Shown in pieces: positions 41,272-44,703 of a DNA stretch of 44,703 nt. Under the pieces are notes generated by a model. That model saw nothing but the letters and a program-made list of their open reading frames with translations, ran no database searches and was not told the origin of the DNA. Both the position numbers and the translations under genes were made by a program. The stretch comes from a virus, in the IMG/VR virus record IMGVR_UViG_3300038393_001022. The stretch is one strand, 5' to 3'. Position 1 is the stretch's first letter. Each line of letters opens with the position of its first letter.

Positions 41272-41562
41272 ATGATCGCCACCGCTCGTGTCAAGAACGT
41301 TTCCGGTCACAACGTCCGTGAGGACTTCCCCTTCTACGGCACCGTCGAGATTGCCGCCGGGGAGATCAAGCGCATCCCGGAAGACGTCGTGCAGGCGTGG
41401 GAAGACCGCGACCGCAACAACGGTAAGGTGCTCGTCGAGCGGCTGGAGGACAGCGAGGCCGATCCCGCCCCGGCACCCAAGGGTAAGGGCGGGCGCAAGC
41501 CGAAGGCTGAGGCTGTGGTTCCGGTCGAGGACGAGATTTCGGACCTGACCGACGAGGAGTAG
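41272..41562 (+). CDS. Hypothetical head-associated protein, 96 aa
   Basis: GAGGAGGAA precedes the ATG. Confidence 0.5.
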   Translation: MIATARVKNVSGHNVREDFPFYGTVEIAAGEIKRIPEDVVQAWEDRDRNNGKVLVERLEDSEADPAPAPKGKGGRKPKAEAVVPVEDEISDLTDEE

Positions 41563-41574
41563 GAGGGGTAGTCG

Positions 41575-42240
41575 ATGGCGTCCTACGACCTGAACACCCT
41601 TCAAGATGTCTTGGACGCCATCGACGAGGAGAAGCAACTCGATCCGGGGTTGGTCTCCCCCAACGAGAAGCGTCGGTACGTCCAAGACGCGCTTGACGAC
41701 ATCGGTGATCTGGCTCTCTTCGAGAAGCGGGTCACGGCAACCGTCACCGCCTCGATGGTGGACCTTGCCACCCTAGGAGGTACACCCACAGGGTACGAGA
41801 CCATCATCGGCGTCTACTGGAACGGCAGGCCGCTGGGCCCGGTTGACCCTAGGGCGATCGATCAGACCGCCCTAGGGAACACCCCGGCGGGGTACTGGTC
41901 TATGACTGATGGACTCTACCTGTGGCCCGGTCTCGAGGCTACTGTCTCCGGAGAACTCACTGTGGACATGAACTACCGCCCGACGTGGCCTGCTACCCTA
42001 GGGACGGTCATCGACCTCCCTAAGGAGTGGCGGCGCCTGCTCGTCCTCTACGGCACCTACCGATGCCACAAAAAGAACGGCAACACGTTCTCGGCTCGGG
42101 AGTACCAGACCGACTACGAGAACCTCAAGGCCCGGCTTGCCAACCTTGAGATTCAGCGCCGTAATCAGCGGCAGACCAGCGTCCGGCAGGACAACGACAC
42201 CTCGGGCGCCTCGTGGGACGCCCTAGGGAGGAACTACTAG
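41575..42240 (+). CDS. Hypothetical head-tail connector/adaptor-position protein, 221 aa
   Basis: GGAGGGG precedes the ATG. Function is inferred from position only. Confidence 0.45.
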   Translation: MASYDLNTLQDVLDAIDEEKQLDPGLVSPNEKRRYVQDALDDIGDLALFEKRVTATVTASMVDLATLGGTPTGYETIIGVYWNGRPLGPVDPRAIDQTALGNTPAGYWSMTDGLYLWPGLEATVSGELTVDMNYRPTWPATLGTVIDLPKEWRRLLVLYGTYRCHKKNGNTFSAREYQTDYENLKARLANLEIQRRNQRQTSVRQDNDTSGASWDALGRNY

Positions 42241-42251
42241 GGGGTGAGGTT

Positions 42252-42599
42252 ATGAGCGAGAGCGTTCGTGTGATGATGCCCGATGGTAGCGTTCGTGTGC
42301 TGGAGATGGTGGTCGCGGCCTTTGGCGTCTCGACGACCGGGCAGGCGAAGGTCGCCGTGGCGGGTACTGCCGTCAAGCTGATCGTACCCGACGGCACCCG
42401 CTACGTGGAGATTAAGGCCGGGCTCCAGAACACAGGTGTTGTACTTGTGGGTAGCGTGGTTGGCGTCACAACCACTAGGGACGGCACGGGCAACGGTTAC
42501 GAGTTGAACTCGGGCGAGATTGTGGTTGTCGAAGGGGCCAACATCTGGATCAACTCGTCAACCATCAACTCCTATGTGACCTTTAAGGCGGTGGTCTAA
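42252..42599 (+). CDS. Hypothetical structural protein, 115 aa (track ORF trimmed)
   Basis: GGTGAGG lies 3-4 nt before the ATG at 42252. Confidence 0.5.
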   Translation: MSESVRVMMPDGSVRVLEMVVAAFGVSTTGQAKVAVAGTAVKLIVPDGTRYVEIKAGLQNTGVVLVGSVVGVTTTRDGTGNGYELNSGEIVVVEGANIWINSSTINSYVTFKAVV

Positions 42600-43238
42600 G
42601 TGTTCCTTAGACCACCCCGGCTCCTTAATCGCCGCAGGCTCCGCACCGCCCCCTCGATGACGTTCGCGGGGAAGGTTGCGGGATCTACGGTTGAAGTGCC
42701 GCATGTCATGAAGGTTAAGCACGCCATAACGTTTGATGCTCCTGCGACGTTCACTGCCGAAGTAGGGTCAGCAAGCTATACCAATATTTCAGATCTTGGA
42801 GTGAACACTTCAAGTTCATCAAATACGACGAACGGCAACTACGCGCAACACCTCTTCTCCTTCGACCTCCTCAACGACCTGAAGAACCGCTCGCTCATTC
42901 CCAAGTCGTGGGACGCGGCTACGATGAAGGCGGCGCTAAAGTCGTTCACCGTAACGTGGACAGGCTATGGCGTTGGTAGCAACGGCGGGGTGTCAACGAG
43001 CGGTGCGACGTTGAAGGGATGGCGTGCGTCTACGTTACAGTGGGTTCAACAGAACGTGAACATCACTTCGTCGCCTAGTGCCGTCTTGATGTTGGGCAAC
43101 GCTACCGACGCGAACAACTACCTCGACGCCAACGGCGGCCTCCACATCCTTGCCCACTCCACGTACCCCAGCAACGGCACCATCGCCTCCACGATCTTCA
43201 CCGACTTCGTGAAGGTGGATGTGACTCTTGTGTCCTAA
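42600..43238 (+). CDS. Hypothetical tail protein, 212 aa
   Basis: The GTG directly follows the upstream stop. The start is uncertain; the ATG at 42657 is an alternative. Confidence 0.45.
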   Translation: MFLRPPRLLNRRRLRTAPSMTFAGKVAGSTVEVPHVMKVKHAITFDAPATFTAEVGSASYTNISDLGVNTSSSSNTTNGNYAQHLFSFDLLNDLKNRSLIPKSWDAATMKAALKSFTVTWTGYGVGSNGGVSTSGATLKGWRASTLQWVQQNVNITSSPSAVLMLGNATDANNYLDANGGLHILAHSTYPSNGTIASTIFTDFVKVDVTLVS

Positions 43239-43250
43239 GGAGGGAGACAT

Positions 43251-44600
43251 ATGGCGAAGGTCGATCCGAACAAGCCTCAGGAGGTTACGACCCTTCGTGT
43301 GCAGGACTTCTCGGGCGGCCTTAACACCGCCGTCTCCCCGTCCCTGCTCAACGCCAACGAAGGGCAACTCGCCAACAACGTCAACTTCGACCAGAAGGGC
43401 ACCGTCCAGCCGCAGAAGGGGCGCCGTAAGCGGTACGCCGCTGACTTCGGCGCCTCCCCTGTGGTTGGGCTGGGCGCCTTCTACACGAAGGCTGGGCTCG
43501 CCAACCTTGTGATCGCCTCTGGTACGTCCCTGTATACCGATCAGCCTCACATGGACCACATCTGGGACACGCAGGCCAACTGGAAGGCCGCAGGGACCGT
43601 CTTCGAAGGTCTTGCTACGGCTGACCGAACGACGGGCTCCCTCACCACAGAGGTGGGCGGCCCTAGGGTGAATGAGGTTCAGACCGTGACGATCAGCGGC
43701 GCCCCGACGGGCGGCAATTTCAAGCTGACCTTCAGCGGTCAGACGACCGCCGACATTCCCTACAACGCCAGCGCCTTACAAGTTCACACCGCCCTCCTCG
43801 CGCTCTCCAACATCGGCGGCGCCAGCGAGGTCCAAACCGTGACTATTACCGGGTCGCCCACGGGCGGCACGTTCACTCTCACCCTAGGGGGGCAGACCAC
43901 ACCCGCCCTAGCATATAACGCCACGGCGTCGGCTGTTCAGTCGGCGCTTGAAGCGTTGTCCACGATCGGCGCGGGCAACGTCACTGTGACGCTGGCAGGT
44001 AGTGTCTACACCTGCTCGTTCCAAGGCACGAAGGCCTTCTTCGACATGGCACAGATGACCGCCACATCCTCGCTGACGGGCGGTACGAGCCCGGCTGTGA
44101 CGATCGCCACGACCACGCCGGGCGCCCCGCCGGACATCGACACACAAGGTAACGCAGGCGGCCCGTGGACGATCACATTCCAGAACGCCCTAGGGTACGC
44201 CGATCAGCCTCTTATGACAGCTACGCACACGCTGACGGGTGGCACAGCGCCCAGCGTAACGATCGTCGAAACGACGAAGGGGTACAACCTCGATCTCTCT
44301 GTGGTTACTACCTTAGACGCCGACTGGAATGCCGGGACGTTGACGAAGGTACTGACCTCTGCCAATAACCTCTCCCTCGCCCTCAAGGGTCCGGCTACGG
44401 GCGGCGACACGATCAACACGCAGGCTGAATGGGACGCAGGCACAAAGGACAGCATTTCGGTCTCTGCTGGCGGTGTGGTGACGATCGCTGTTGCCGCTGT
44501 CGCTAAGAACATCAACCGTACGTTGCCCTTTACGTACATGGAGTCCCAGACGAACACAGCCGCTACTGGAACTTCTGGCATCACGTTACTTAAGGTATAG
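43251..44600 (+). CDS. Tail protein, 449 aa, with tandem ~53-aa QTVT..GGTFTL..YNA..VQ.AL repeats
   Basis: GGAGGGAGA precedes the ATG. Repeats are NEVQTVTISGAPTGGNFKLTFSGQTT...ALQVHTALLALSNIG and EVQTVTITGSPTGGTFTLTLGGQTT...AVQSALEALSTIG. The stop lies inside the terminal overlap. Confidence 0.6.
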   Translation: MAKVDPNKPQEVTTLRVQDFSGGLNTAVSPSLLNANEGQLANNVNFDQKGTVQPQKGRRKRYAADFGASPVVGLGAFYTKAGLANLVIASGTSLYTDQPHMDHIWDTQANWKAAGTVFEGLATADRTTGSLTTEVGGPRVNEVQTVTISGAPTGGNFKLTFSGQTTADIPYNASALQVHTALLALSNIGGASEVQTVTITGSPTGGTFTLTLGGQTTPALAYNATASAVQSALEALSTIGAGNVTVTLAGSVYTCSFQGTKAFFDMAQMTATSSLTGGTSPAVTIATTTPGAPPDIDTQGNAGGPWTITFQNALGYADQPLMTATHTLTGGTAPSVTIVETTKGYNLDLSVVTTLDADWNAGTLTKVLTSANNLSLALKGPATGGDTINTQAEWDAGTKDSISVSAGGVVTIAVAAVAKNINRTLPFTYMESQTNTAATGTSGITLLKV

Positions 44601-44703
44601 CCCTAGGGGGTGGATTAGATGGCACAGTGGCTCGGCAACGACGGAACTAGCGTTGTAGGTTTTGGCTCAGGTAGCACAAACGGCACACGATTTAAGTGCT
44701 TGA
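44577..44703. repeat. Terminal direct repeat, copy 2 (identical to 1..127)
   Basis: Exact match to 1..127. The start of CDS 43..3126 is re-read at 44619. Confidence 0.95.

Overview
The window is one complete, circularly closed genome of a GC-rich tailed dsDNA phage. The unique length is 44,576 bp, because the last 127 bases repeat the first 127 exactly.

All protein calls rest on motifs I recognise by eye, gene order and composition. No homology search was possible.

The genome has two opposed arms of about 22 kb each.
- The plus-strand arm runs 33669 -> 44600 and wraps to 43 -> 10945. It carries packaging genes (terS, terL), portal, scaffold, major capsid, tail proteins, three candidate internal-virion proteins in a T7-like order, and a lysis cassette (two small membrane proteins and an amidase-SPOR endolysin).
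- The minus-strand arm runs 32948 -> 11049. It carries early genes, a MarR-like regulator and an AAA+ (MoxR/CobS-like) / vWA-metallopeptidase / DUF2325-like / RHH cluster. It also carries an AEP primase-helicase, an SNF2 helicase, a family-A DNA polymerase with an N-terminal UDG-like domain, a Cas4-like exonuclease / Sak4-like ATPase / SSB-like recombination module, and a VRR-NUC nuclease.
- The arms diverge in a 0.7-kb control region (32949-33668). They converge on a terminator (10957-10985) made of two back-to-back CCCTAGGG palindromes.

I found no integrase, phage RNA polymerase, tRNA, tail tube or tape measure.

Features most worth follow-up:
1. The octamer palindrome CCCTAGGG occurs about 70 times, roughly once per 600 bp, against about one expected. 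It looks like an undescribed HIP-type element.
2. About 2.3 kb of ORF-poor DNA lies in three islands around two isolated early genes. It holds repeat families, several intrinsic-terminator hairpins, a one-strand G-quadruplex-prone tract and candidate ncRNAs or an origin.
3. The AAA+/vWA/DUF2325-like cluster sits inside the replication arm.
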